Origin: Candidatus Micrarchaeia archaeon
GTDB lineage: Archaea > Micrarchaeota > Micrarchaeia > CAILAH01
Assembly: GCA_038874595.1 (NCBI GenBank)
Contig: JAVZCB010000002.1
Span: 64,001-128,000, forward strand
Direction: 5' to 3'
Length of the DNA stretch: 64,000 bases
Shown: positions 55,701 through 64,000 of the stretch, piece after piece
How positions within the stretch are numbered: position 1 is the stretch's first letter
How the letters are laid out: every line of letters begins with the position of its first letter
The notes under the pieces: generated by a model
The model's input: only the letters and a program-made list of their open reading frames with translations
Databases searched by the model: none
Told to the model about the DNA's origin: nothing
Program-made: the position numbers and the translations under genes

Positions 55701-57508
55701 TACTTTGAGAGGAGATATTTGCGCAGTGCTGTATATTCCCCAACCTTGACAATATACTTGTTGAGGCGCATCTCAATATCATCAATATCAATACCAAACC
55801 ATTCCTCATGTATGCGGTAGGATGTTTTTGGCTGCCTTGCCAAGAGAGATATCTTGCCTTCCATCAGCCTGAAATCAAGCAACCTCTTAAAATATAGACC
55901 TGCCTTTTCTTCAAGCTGCCTGCTCTCCTCTTTTATATACTGTATAACCTCAATAGCATTGCCTATGTGCTCCTTTAAAGACTCCTGCTTGAAATCCGTG
56001 AACGCCCTGAAATTCTTATGGTTGACATAGCGAAGGATGCTTGTGTTAAACTCACGCAGCTGGTCTTCGTAGAGGTCAATCTCTTCCATAATGCGCATAT
56101 TATGCTGGAACTCACTGAAATCTGGATGCACACTAAGCCCCACATCTGAGATTTTGACGTGCTCAAGCCGCGCCAGGCGCCCAAGTATCCTGTATAAAGG
56201 CATCTGCACGCTGCCGCTACTCATCAGCTCATCACCGTATGCCTTTAGCACGTTGCGGACATCCTTAAGCTGGTCTATGAGTTGCTCATTGCTTGCATAA
56301 AGCCTGTTCTCTACTAGTGCCTTCTCAAACTGCTCAAGCACCCATTTCTTACCTGCTGTGTCTGCGTTGTGCATCTCAAGCAGGTAAGTGCCTATGCCTG
56401 TGGAATCAAGCCGTTTCTTAACAACTTCAAGTGCGGCCATCTTCTCACTGACAAACAACACCTTTTTGCCATCAGCGAGCTGCTGCGCAATTATGTTTGC
56501 AATCGTCTGGGATTTGCCGGTGCCTGGCGGCCCTTGCAGCACGAAGCTCAGGCCTTTTCGTGCAGCTATTATGGCCTCCTGCTGGCTTGAGTCAGCATCA
56601 AGTACAAAAAATGACTCTTTTGGGTCCAGCGTGTCCACATCTATACTCTCGGGCGGTTGGTAGTGGAGCGCACTCGTATCTCCTGCCAGTGCACGCACAA
56701 CAGGGTGTTTAAGTATGCGCTCCCTGTTTAATTCAAGGTCCCTGTAAAGTGAAAGCTTCTGGAATGAGAATATTCCAAGGTATACTTCATCTGAAGTTAC
56801 TCTCCAACCATATTTTTTCACTTCGGTGGACAATTTGTTAAGGTATTCGTCTAGCGTCTCAAACGGGAAATCAATATCAATACCATTCTGCAGGAGCAGT
56901 TTCTGTCTAAGTGCCGGGTTGATGTGTATATCATCGTCAAGAAATGTGATTGAAAAGGGGTGCTTATCACGTGCTGCCTCTTTCCTGCGCTCAATTTTTA
57001 CCGGGACGAGGATGAGTGGTGCGCGTATTGAACTGCCCACAGCTGAGTTGTCAAGCTGTAGTTGGCCTGGTTGGTGTGATGCGCCCGCCCTGCCCTTCCC
57101 CTTTCTTCTTGTTGAATCGCCAGCCGAATCTATGCTTTCATACTCGAGACAGCCAAATGCCAAGTAAAGTGTGTTGACACCTTGCTCAGAGAGGCTCTCG
57201 CTTGATGCCAGGTAAATGCTGTAAAGCCGGCGGTATGTATCCGCATCGCTATGCTGTGTGCGTAGCACACCTGGCTTTTGGTCGGCTGAGCTGCTCTTTG
57301 CAAAATAGAACCTGCCTGTGCCTGAGATAAAATCATCATAAAACGCCTTCGGGTCTTTAAGGGACAGCTTTAGAGAAGATGCGCCGCCGTCCTTAAAATT
57401 AATGAGCCTGTTGCGCAGGGAGATGTCAAGCAGCTTGCCTTTCCATAACTCTATCTTCTTCTCAATCTTCTGCTCAATAGAAGTAGCCACTCCCTCCGGT
57501 TCGCCCAT
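52730..57508 (-). CDS. DUF4011 - SF1 (DNA2/NAM7-like) helicase - Vsr/MTES_1575-like nuclease - DUF3320 protein (Hhe-like)
   Basis: WKGKLLDISLRNRLINF; QGPPGTGKSQT; FDEASQ; GDSKQLPP; WHYRS; VQGDERD; RLNVAISRA; IDVAV...AIELD...RDRDRLR...LGWKVHRIWS. Confidence 0.88.
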   Translation of the reverse strand: MGEPEGVATSIEQKIEKKIELWKGKLLDISLRNRLINFKDGGASSLKLSLKDPKAFYDDFISGTGRFYFAKSSSADQKPGVLRTQHSDADTYRRLYSIYLASSESLSEQGVNTLYLAFGCLEYESIDSAGDSTRRKGKGRAGASHQPGQLQLDNSAVGSSIRAPLILVPVKIERRKEAARDKHPFSITFLDDDIHINPALRQKLLLQNGIDIDFPFETLDEYLNKLSTEVKKYGWRVTSDEVYLGIFSFQKLSLYRDLELNRERILKHPVVRALAGDTSALHYQPPESIDVDTLDPKESFFVLDADSSQQEAIIAARKGLSFVLQGPPGTGKSQTIANIIAQQLADGKKVLFVSEKMAALEVVKKRLDSTGIGTYLLEMHNADTAGKKWVLEQFEKALVENRLYASNEQLIDQLKDVRNVLKAYGDELMSSGSVQMPLYRILGRLARLEHVKISDVGLSVHPDFSEFQHNMRIMEEIDLYEDQLREFNTSILRYVNHKNFRAFTDFKQESLKEHIGNAIEVIQYIKEESRQLEEKAGLYFKRLLDFRLMEGKISLLARQPKTSYRIHEEWFGIDIDDIEMRLNKYIVKVGEYTALRKYLLSKYKENLLNHSYHELEDMVSKLDGLYSVKVVRWVDPRYKKISNHMHALLLEKANLTHEEMANDIRKAMLCKGIWNEISEQEREIKSILKEERLEPAELQAIFSWIRGLKSIEGMCNGRLIRSVCDGADFASLAQKFSAHASALTDSYLAISEYFETEASERLLLSASWERLEERLQYISNKAGEISKWVEFKATLDKLSPEPRRVFDKYISIEERNYKLSELYEKVFLQECLSQMDVEIARKSREYLDTVYSKFIESDREHKFYSRNRIIEMIEAKKPKISLTSRSSEVGILSKEISKSRRHKPLRKLFSEIKNLVFVLKPCFMMSPLSVARFIDPDVIEFDTVIFDEASQVMVEDAISAIIRSKQVIIVGDSKQLPPTMFFKVNEDLDIEEGMEEAASILDEASAALPTHMLRWHYRSKDESLIDFSNKYFYNGDLITFPNNLVDSFAIDFVYVHNGVYERGGSRQNRVEAKKVVELIKQHYDTTPEKSLGVIAFSIAQQQAILEELDHFITWHPSYQRFLNGSNLRGFFVKNLETVQGDERDVIILSVGYGRDAEGNLSLNFGPLNRDGGVRRLNVAISRAIERIKVVSSILPEDINELRVGSEGILLLKKYLQYARAGEAQVKRQSEFDSELQEAVYRKLLSYGLMVDKSVGSSRFNIDVAVKSSEDSNRYLLAIELDSKAYGSAKSTRDRDRLRREVLESLGWKVHRIWSYDWVLNPDKEAERILEHLKIPDAKITRAQDNHEGTRQRQLLADNELSFAIKEYPTIVCPMLGSPDDFMKTDFFNSVRDIIKSEGPIHRDLLMKRIFECYGVKDGVRARNRFDEVLNLHLPCQDIKIDGELYWPGEPRFMFNIRRSDAEIRPLNYIPAPEIRLAVLLVVSNAISIAREDIPREVLVIFGAPKMIPKFKGRVGVAVDELIEKGYLSEDSGKIIINKEFQRKAEESQRNAKHGQDTKEISSSNNEISTQPPLGYKPHLPGDDSSPPGVVFR

Positions 57509-57619
57509 GAGATAATTATGCCTTATAATTATATAAAATTAGGATATCATAGGGGTTAAAAAGCGAAAGGTTTTAGATTGTGCTAAGCTGTTAAAAGAAA
57601 AAATGTGGCAATATCATGC

Positions 57620-58867
57620 TTATTTCCAGCTGTGCACATACTTCTCCTGCTCTGCCGTCATGCTATCGTGCTTCACACCGAACGCTTCAAGCTGGAGGCG
57701 TGCAATCTCCTGGTCGTACTCTTCCGGCAGGCGGAGCACTTTTGGCGGCAGCTTGCCCATATTCTTGAGCAAGTACTCAATTGCAAAACACTGCCCAAGG
57801 AAGCTTGTCGCCATAACTTCAGATGGATGGCCCTCTGCAGCTGCAAGGTTGACAAGCCTGCCTTCACCGCATACATAAACGCGCCTGCCGTTGGAGAGCA
57901 GGTACTCATCAAGATGCTGGCGCACCCGCCTTTTTGATTTTGCCTTCTTGTTAAGAGTTGCCACGTCCACCTCAACATCAAAATGACCGCTGTTTGCAAG
58001 TATTGCGCCATCTTTCATTGTAAGCATGTGCGCATAAGTTATAACACCTGTGTTGCCTGTGACGGTAACAAAAATATCACCTATGCGGGCCGCCTCGGCG
58101 ATTGGCATTACCCGGAAGCCGTCAAGGTGCGCCTGCAATGCATTGAACGGGTTCACTTCGCACACAATAACGTTTGCACCCATCCCCTTTGCGCGCTGTG
58201 ATAATCCCTTGCCGCACGGCCCGTAGCCGCACACCACAAAACTCTTGCCTGCAAGCAGGATGTTGGTGGCGCGCAGGATACCATCTATAGTGGATTGGCC
58301 TGTGCCATAATAATTATCAATGAGGCGTTTTGTGTTGTTATCATTGACTGCAACAACTGGGTATTTCAGGACACCGTCACGCTCCATCGCCTTAAGCCTT
58401 ATTACACCTGTTGTTGTCTCCTCACAACCGCCAATCACCAAGCCAAGCTTGTCCTTATGGTTCTGCAGCATCTCAACTGTAAGGTCCCCGCCATCATCAA
58501 GCACTATGTTTGGCTTGTGCATTGCAACTGCGCGCAGGTGCTCCTTGTACTTTCCAGTACTCTCCCCTTTCCTGCCATAAACAAAAATTCCCTCCTTAAC
58601 GAGCGCAGCAGCAACATCATCCTGTGTTGAGAGCGGGTTTGATGCACAAAGTGCCACCTTCGCACCTGCTGCTTTAAGTGTCTTGCACAGCACTGCCGTC
58701 TCTTTAGTTATGTGCATGCACATGCCAATTGTAAGGCCTTTCAGGTGGCTGGATTTGGCATATCTGGCCCGGAGTGCAACTAGTACAGGCATTTGCCGTT
58801 CGGCAAGATAAATCTTATCTGCACCTTCACCAGCAAGCTTCATGCTTGCAACATCTGATTTCTGCAT
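57620..58867 (-). CDS. ahcY: S-adenosylhomocysteine hydrolase
   Basis: CMHITKETA, SNPLSTQD, EETTTG, DNYYGTGQS, GYGPCGKG, GRLVNLAAAEGHP. Confidence 0.96.
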   Translation of the reverse strand: MQKSDVASMKLAGEGADKIYLAERQMPVLVALRARYAKSSHLKGLTIGMCMHITKETAVLCKTLKAAGAKVALCASNPLSTQDDVAAALVKEGIFVYGRKGESTGKYKEHLRAVAMHKPNIVLDDGGDLTVEMLQNHKDKLGLVIGGCEETTTGVIRLKAMERDGVLKYPVVAVNDNNTKRLIDNYYGTGQSTIDGILRATNILLAGKSFVVCGYGPCGKGLSQRAKGMGANVIVCEVNPFNALQAHLDGFRVMPIAEAARIGDIFVTVTGNTGVITYAHMLTMKDGAILANSGHFDVEVDVATLNKKAKSKRRVRQHLDEYLLSNGRRVYVCGEGRLVNLAAAEGHPSEVMATSFLGQCFAIEYLLKNMGKLPPKVLRLPEEYDQEIARLQLEAFGVKHDSMTAEQEKYVHSWK

Positions 58868-58906
58868 AAGGATTAGTTTATATAAAAAATTTTTAATGAT
58901 GATTTT

Positions 58907-59473
58907 TCATTCGCTGAACTTTTCAACTGTATAGGTGTAATATTTCATCCCTGGCTTCTTCCATTCATCAGGCCCAAGCCCTGCCTTTAAGCAGAGGTTT
59001 GATAAGAATTCCTCGTGTGTTGGCAGCTCTTCCCATACCTGCGGTAGAAATGTTGCACCTGCCCATCCCTTTCGTATTATAAGGCCGTCAATACCTGGCC
59101 TAAGCTGCTTCAGTAGCTCCTGTGGACCATTAACTTTAAGCTCTTTGAGCGGCGAAAGTATTGATATCTCTATTTTTATGTTGTCCAACTCACCTGCATT
59201 TAATGGCTGAAACCGCGGGTCTTCAAATGCTGCGCTCTGCGCGTTGTCAGCAACCGCCTGCACGATTGTCTTGATTGGCTCAAGATACCCAATACACCCG
59301 CGCAGCTCCCCACCCTTCGTAATAGTAACAAAAACACCGCGCTTCTCAAGCAGCGAAGGCGAAGGTGGTTTAGGAATTGTTGGCTCTTCACCGGCAAGGC
59401 GTGCCGCAATTGCGGAGCGGGCAATTTTCAGCAGGTATCTTTTTTCAGTATCGTTGAGCATATGACCACTCAC
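58907..59473 (-). CDS. AmmeMemoRadiSam system protein A (AMMECR1 family)
   Basis: GVFVT...LRGCIG, AAFEDPRF, ATFLPQVWE, LCLKAG. Confidence 0.92.
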   Translation of the reverse strand: MSGHMLNDTEKRYLLKIARSAIAARLAGEEPTIPKPPSPSLLEKRGVFVTITKGGELRGCIGYLEPIKTIVQAVADNAQSAAFEDPRFQPLNAGELDNIKIEISILSPLKELKVNGPQELLKQLRPGIDGLIIRKGWAGATFLPQVWEELPTHEEFLSNLCLKAGLGPDEWKKPGMKYYTYTVEKFSE

Positions 59474-60250
59474 TTATTCCTCAAAAAAGCCATAGCATCC
59501 GTAACCGACAACACTATCCTTGTCACCTGCCGTATCCCCGGAGTTGCGGTAATCAAGAACCACACCTTTCCAGTGGAAATGCTGTGCCAGGTACATTACT
59601 GAAAGAATTGCTGACTTGCCACACGCCTCAACATCGCGCTTCACGCGCTGTATGTCCAGTGAGGGTATCGCCGAGTTTGCAATCGAATCAATCCGCACCG
59701 CCTCAGCATATGGATGGTAATGGCTCAGGTCTGAGCTTGCAATCACTAATGTGCGGTCTGTAAGGCGGTTGTATATGTCATTGGCCATCTCCTCAGGGGT
59801 TATACTACCGCCCATAAGAAGTGGGAATATCTTTGCATTGGGTGCGCACACCTGCAGGAAAGGCACCTGGACTTCAAGCGAGTGCTCGGGAATATGCGGC
59901 TCGCGCAGCGGGACAATCTGCTTGCCTGCCATTGGCTGCATTACAACCTGGCCGAGCGGCGTCTCCCAGACATCTGATACAACAGATGCAGCACCGTAAA
60001 ACGTCATGTAATGGGAAGGGCCTATAAGTATTATATCATCATACTCATCCTTGTGCTCCTTCAGGATTTTGTACCCTGCAGCGGCAACTATCCCTGAATA
60101 TATGTAGCCCGCGTGCGGTACTATGAGGCCGCGAAGCTTCCCGCGTACTGGCGGGCTCTTCGCATTCTTCAGGAATCCTTCAATCATCCTGAGCAACTCC
60201 TGGCCGTCAGCCGGGTAGAAAGTTCCTGCAACTGCTGGTGATCTCATCAC
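59474..60250 (-). CDS. AmmeMemoRadiSam system protein B (MEMO1 family)
   Basis: RSPAVAGTFYP, PHAGYIYSG, GPSH, EHSLEVQVPF, SSDLSHY, ACG, SGD...VVGY. Confidence 0.93.
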   Translation of the reverse strand: MMRSPAVAGTFYPADGQELLRMIEGFLKNAKSPPVRGKLRGLIVPHAGYIYSGIVAAAGYKILKEHKDEYDDIILIGPSHYMTFYGAASVVSDVWETPLGQVVMQPMAGKQIVPLREPHIPEHSLEVQVPFLQVCAPNAKIFPLLMGGSITPEEMANDIYNRLTDRTLVIASSDLSHYHPYAEAVRIDSIANSAIPSLDIQRVKRDVEACGKSAILSVMYLAQHFHWKGVVLDYRNSGDTAGDKDSVVGYGCYGFFEE

Positions 60251-60268
60251 ATCACTTCCTTGCTGTTA

Positions 60269-61333
60269 TCATCTTCCTGGACGCTTGAGCGCGTTTGCCT
60301 GCTCGCGCGTCCATACACCTGCTATGTGCTGGCCGCATCTCCTGCATCTTGAGTTTGCAGTGTCAAACTCATCTGTAATGCGGGAGGAAAACCACTGCCT
60401 CTCAACGAGCAGTGCGCCGCATTTCGGGCAAAACGTGCTCTCTGCACGTGAGCGAACATTACCTACATAAACATACTTGAGTCCTGCTTCGATTGCAACA
60501 TCGCGAAGAGGAAGTATCTGCTGCTCGGTTGCCGACGGTACATCGAGCATCTTATAACTTGGATGGAATGCTATTAAATGAAGTGGCATCTCAGCGTCTA
60601 TCGCTGCTAGCCATTCAGCTTCCTGCCGAGCCTCCTCCCTGCTATCTGTTTTGCCTGGGATTACCAGGGAAGTCACTTCAACCCATATGTTCTTGTATTT
60701 CTTTGCTTCCTTTATAGAATCAAGGACGTGGTCGAGCTGTGCACCTGTATACTCAAGGTAGAATTTTTTGTTAAATCCTTTCAGGTCTATGCTCGCTGCG
60801 TGTATATACTTTGATGCTTCCTTCCAGAATTCCGGTGTGCCGTAGCCATCTGTTACGAGCACGTTGAACAGGCCTTCCCCTAGCGCTATGCTGCCTATAT
60901 CCCTGTGGTATTCGAACCATATTGCCGGCTCGTTGTATGTATATGCAATAGAATCACAGTTGTATGATTTTGCATTTTCAACTGCTTTCGCGGGCGGCAG
61001 GTCTATCCAGTTATCTAATGGGAGGTGCTCACGTATCGCCTGTGCAAGCTCCCAGTTACAGCAGAATTTGCACATAAAAGTGCAGCCGTACGTGCCAAGC
61101 GAGTATGCGCCTGTCCCTGGAAGAAAATGGAACTGCGGCTTCTTCTCTATAGGGTCTATACCGAATGCTGATGGTCTACCGTAAACAACCAGGTCGAGCT
61201 TGCCGCTGGTGTTTTTGCGTATCCCGCAAAAGCCTGTTTCGCCTTCACGTATGAGACATCTTCTTGCACATGCCTTGCACTGTATTGTGCCGTCATCCTT
61301 GTAATCAACAAGTGGGTTATTAACAATCATCAA
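60269..61333 (-). CDS. AmmeMemoRadiSam system radical SAM enzyme
   Basis: N-terminal CxxCxxxC (CKACARRC...GFCG), DPIEKKP, GCTFMCKFC, AYTYNEP, C-terminal CPKCG...CRRCG. Confidence 0.93.
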   Translation of the reverse strand: MMIVNNPLVDYKDDGTIQCKACARRCLIREGETGFCGIRKNTSGKLDLVVYGRPSAFGIDPIEKKPQFHFLPGTGAYSLGTYGCTFMCKFCCNWELAQAIREHLPLDNWIDLPPAKAVENAKSYNCDSIAYTYNEPAIWFEYHRDIGSIALGEGLFNVLVTDGYGTPEFWKEASKYIHAASIDLKGFNKKFYLEYTGAQLDHVLDSIKEAKKYKNIWVEVTSLVIPGKTDSREEARQEAEWLAAIDAEMPLHLIAFHPSYKMLDVPSATEQQILPLRDVAIEAGLKYVYVGNVRSRAESTFCPKCGALLVERQWFSSRITDEFDTANSRCRRCGQHIAGVWTREQANALKRPGR

Positions 61334-61366
61334 ATTATATTATGCGTTCTGATTTATATGATTAAC

Positions 61367-61756
61367 ATGGCGAGATTTCTTGTACTAGGTAATGAGAGCG
61401 TATTTGAAGATGGGACAGCTGTAAGGCTGATGCCCTTACTTAAAAAAGAGTTTCCCATGCACGAGTTCGTTGTGTTTGACCCTAACGAGAGCCTGCCCGT
61501 AGAAAACAAGGACCTCTTATTGATTGATGTCGTAAGAGGGATTAAAAGGGTTGAAATATTCACGGAAGAAGATATAGACCGCTTCAGCGATTTTCCAAAG
61601 GTCGGGGTGCACGATTTTGACCTTACGTTCCAGCTTAAGCTGCTGCTCCGCCTTGGTAAAATAAAAAACGTAAGAATTATAGGGATACCTCACGGAATGG
61701 ATGATAAAACTGCCCTGGCGCAGGCTGTCAACGCACTCCGAGCACTTCGGCTTTGA
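61367..61756 (+). CDS. Hydrogenase maturation protease-like (HycI/HybD fold) protein
   Basis: VLGN...EDG, LLLID, GVHD, VRIIGIP pattern. Confidence 0.6.
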   Translation: MARFLVLGNESVFEDGTAVRLMPLLKKEFPMHEFVVFDPNESLPVENKDLLLIDVVRGIKRVEIFTEEDIDRFSDFPKVGVHDFDLTFQLKLLLRLGKIKNVRIIGIPHGMDDKTALAQAVNALRALRL

Positions 61757-62273
61757 GGATTTGGAGCAGCTCGCGCAGCCAGCGTACCAGCAGTGTTATG
61801 CTTAAGGGATACGGTGAGCCAAATAGCATAACGGATAATGGTGAAAGCTGTTTCCTAAACAGCATGCCTGCCCGTAACGTATGATAATTAGATGTAACAA
61901 CAGCTATACTGTTGATGTGCAGCTGTTTTGCTATCTTACGCACCTCAACCGCATTTTCGTATGTGTTTGTTGAGTGCTCTTCTAATATAATATTCCGCTT
62001 TTTTATACCAAGCCCCAACGCTATGCGCTTCATATAAGACGCCTCGGAAATTTTGTTGCTGAATGTGTATCCACCACTCAAAATGAGGTAGCGTGCTGCT
62101 GATTTCCTGAAAATGGATACTGCAAGCTCAACGCGTGCCGCTATATCCATACGGGCTTCCTCGGTTGTGGGTTTCCTGCCAAGGCATACCACTGCATCAA
62201 ATCTTTTGCGTGGGATATATATTTTAAACCGAGAATCTCTGCGGCCTTTCATACCAAAACCAAACACTTGCAC
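61728..62273 (-). CDS. YdcF/DUF218 (SanA/ElyC-like) protein
   Basis: DAVVCLG, LILSGG, SEASYM, EEHSTNTYENA, VTSNYHTLRA. Start uncertain. Confidence 0.88.
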   Translation of the reverse strand: MQVFGFGMKGRRDSRFKIYIPRKRFDAVVCLGRKPTTEEARMDIAARVELAVSIFRKSAARYLILSGGYTFSNKISEASYMKRIALGLGIKKRNIILEEHSTNTYENAVEVRKIAKQLHINSIAVVTSNYHTLRAGMLFRKQLSPLSVMLFGSPYPLSITLLVRWLRELLQILKAEVLGVR

Positions 62274-62279
62274 TAGAAA

Positions 62280-62621
62280 TTATTTTGGTTTGTTAAGGTT
62301 CTGTGCTGGCTGTGCTGCCTTTTCAACAAGGCTTACTTCAAGCCCTCCGGTATAGTCTGAGATGAGGTTATATATGAAAGCGACTACTGCACCTATGATT
62401 GCACCATATATTGCACCTACCAGTGGGGATATGATGAAAGAAGTTATGCAAGATGTGGCACCACCAACCACGCTCATCCCTAAACCGGCCCCAATTACAG
62501 ATATAATGACAGATACGCCGCCGTAGACCGCACCTGCGATCAGGAATAGCAGTGCATGCAACAGAGCAGATACCTTCACAGCAGAAATTATGCTGATGCG
62601 CCTTACGATGAATAATCCCAT
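62280..62621 (-). CDS. DUF3566-like 2-TM membrane protein
   Basis: VRRISIISAVKVS N-terminus and AFIYNLIS..TGGLEV C-terminus. Confidence 0.6.
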   Translation of the reverse strand: MGLFIVRRISIISAVKVSALLHALLFLIAGAVYGGVSVIISVIGAGLGMSVVGGATSCITSFIISPLVGAIYGAIIGAVVAFIYNLISDYTGGLEVSLVEKAAQPAQNLNKPK

Positions 62622-62686
62622 AAAAGAGATTCTCTCAAAATGCTTAAATATTATTGGTGGCGTATATATGCTGGAGAAGTGATACT

Positions 62687-63457
62687 ATGAAGGCAATCTA
62701 TGCTCTATCTATACTGGTGCTGCTGGCGGTTATGATGGGTTGCATTTCGCAGCCAGAGACACAGCAACCGCAAGGTACACAGCAGCCTGAGAATATAGCA
62801 CCCGAGCTGCCCACAACCACTGTTGTGAAGGAAAAGCCAAAAATTGTGCTTGAAGAATATCCAACACAGATAAAGGCGGGTGAGACGGCAAGCTTTAAGT
62901 GGTCTGTAAGTGGTGCAAAAGGCACTGTTGCCTACACATCCGTACGTATCGGCAAGGAGAGTAATGTTGTTAGTGACAGCATATCACCTGACAGGACCTC
63001 ATACACATTAAGCACGCCCGGCTATCCTGCAGGAAGCTATAATGTACCTGGGAAATTTACTGACTCAATAATGATAAGTGAGCCGGGCACCTACTATGCG
63101 CGTGCACACACTGTTGTGGATGGGAAACATGTATGGAGTGAGGAGATATCGTTTACTGTGCTGGGTGCGATGGGCCAGCCGGTAAAGGAGTTCAATGTCA
63201 AAGTGACTGACAGCGGGTTTGAACCTAATACATTCACCGTACGCAAGGGAGACCTTGTAAAAATGCACTTTGAAGTTGATAAGGGAGTTAACCCATCTGG
63301 TGTGCGTATAGTAAGCCCGGGCTGGAAAAATGCACCTGCACTCAAACCTGGAGAGATGCAGGATGTTGAGTTTACTGCTGATTCCAGCTTTGAGTTTAAC
63401 CTCTACTGGCTTGCTGGTAACCTGTTAAGAGGCAAGGCAAAGATTACCGTAGAGTAA
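62687..63457 (+). CDS. Lipoprotein with Ig-like and C-terminal cupredoxin-like domain
   Basis: Archaeal lipobox MMGC; GFEPNTFTVRKGDLV...LKPGE...FTAD. Lacks obvious Cys/His Cu ligands. Confidence 0.7.
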   Translation: MKAIYALSILVLLAVMMGCISQPETQQPQGTQQPENIAPELPTTTVVKEKPKIVLEEYPTQIKAGETASFKWSVSGAKGTVAYTSVRIGKESNVVSDSISPDRTSYTLSTPGYPAGSYNVPGKFTDSIMISEPGTYYARAHTVVDGKHVWSEEISFTVLGAMGQPVKEFNVKVTDSGFEPNTFTVRKGDLVKMHFEVDKGVNPSGVRIVSPGWKNAPALKPGEMQDVEFTADSSFEFNLYWLAGNLLRGKAKITVE

Positions 63458-63530
63458 AAAAGCACCTTTTCATTTTTTTATTTGCTTCCTATTCCTGCAC
63501 ATATTTAATTATTGCTACTGATAGATTAGC

Positions 63531-63767
63531 ATGAGCAAACAACTATTGGTTATTCTGGCTGTGCTTATGGCGCTTAGCGGTGTTGCTTTTGCGGCAAACC
63601 AGTGGTGCTATGATGATAGCGACTGTGATTATGACGAGTATTGCGGCTCAAACAACAAGTGCGTTTCATACTCTGGTGGTGGAAGCAGCAACTGTTGCAG
63701 CACATATGCAATCCTGCTTGGTATTATAGGCCTGGGCGCATTTGCAAAGTATAAGCACATTATTTAA
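63531..63767 (+). CDS. Small secreted Cys-rich protein with C-terminal CC + TM anchor
   Basis: Signal peptide AFA|A; CYDDSDCDYDEYCGSNNKC; GGGSSNCC followed by a hydrophobic helix and KYKH. Confidence 0.7.
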   Translation: MSKQLLVILAVLMALSGVAFAANQWCYDDSDCDYDEYCGSNNKCVSYSGGGSSNCCSTYAILLGIIGLGAFAKYKHII

Positions 63768-63835
63768 AGTGTGCCAACCTTTTGGTGGCAGTTACTGCCT
63801 ATTTTATTTTAGGCAAAAATTTGGATTTGGTGCAA

Positions 63836-64000
63836 ATGATTTCTGCAATTTTGTTTGATATGGATGGTGTTGTCTCAAACACCGAGCCGGCACACGAGAA
63901 AGCGGATTCGATGATACTGAGCGAGTATGGTGTCCGGCTTGACAGTAGGTGGAAGCAAATTAAGGGGATGAAAGAGCTTGATGTGTACAAAAAGGCAATT
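63836..64000 (+). CDS. HAD-family phosphatase (beta-PGM-like), 3'-truncated by window edge
   Basis: Read directly from DNA: MISAILFDMDGVVSNTEPAHEKAD. Not in the ORF track because it runs off the end. Confidence 0.85.
   Translation, partial: MISAILFDMDGVVSNTEPAHEKADSMILSEYGVRLDSRWKQIKGMKELDVYKKAI

Noticed and set aside
51207-57600. tRNA-integrated mobile island carrying the helicase
   Set aside because: No integrase and no duplicated tRNA 3' end were noticed; flanking genes are ordinary.
117-63990. Numerous alternative-frame and antisense ORFs in the track (e.g. 117-833, 3971-4819, 45801-46277, 51071-51736, 63799-63990)
   Set aside because: They overlap well-supported genes or the tRNA on the other strand or frame and have no recognisable motifs.

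Overview
This is an archaeal chromosomal segment. The evidence is an rpl21e-rpoF-DUF655-ksgA operon, a TBP-family gene, deoxyhypusine synthase, an intron-containing tRNA-Thr(GGU), TATA-type promoters and GGTGA-type RBSs. A DPANN/Micrarchaeota-like origin is my inference and is not proven. 1-12.8 kb: a 2-oxoacid (pyruvate-type) dehydrogenase E1b/E2/E3 cluster, split lipoate ligase, a bacterial-style sufBCDSU operon headed by a CxxCxxC-AbrB regulator, and tandem-domain ThyX. 12.9-45.5 kb: a ~33 kb surface-structure locus with two giant beta-helix glycoproteins (2818 and 4862 aa), a small secreted 224-aa protein and four accessory exported proteins. Six of these seven proteins are linked in a chain by three shared, apparently unnamed domain types. 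Domain A is pilin-like (GGNI...W..FFGN...YFYxE), domain C (GxPY...ExNG...V.PT + helix) occurs five times over three genes, and domain B is NPD..C...VNGIG. I propose this encodes a non-type-IV filament/adhesin machine with membrane anchor, adaptor hub, polymerising subunit and giant adhesins. 45.8-64 kb: housekeeping genes (serS, ksgA, rpoF, rpl21e, dhs, ahcY), an intact-looking single-repeat 'half' TBP, a DUF4011-helicase-nuclease (Hhe-like) defence candidate, an AmmeMemoRadiSam trio and several small membrane/secreted proteins. All family calls come from motifs recognised by eye; no searches were run.
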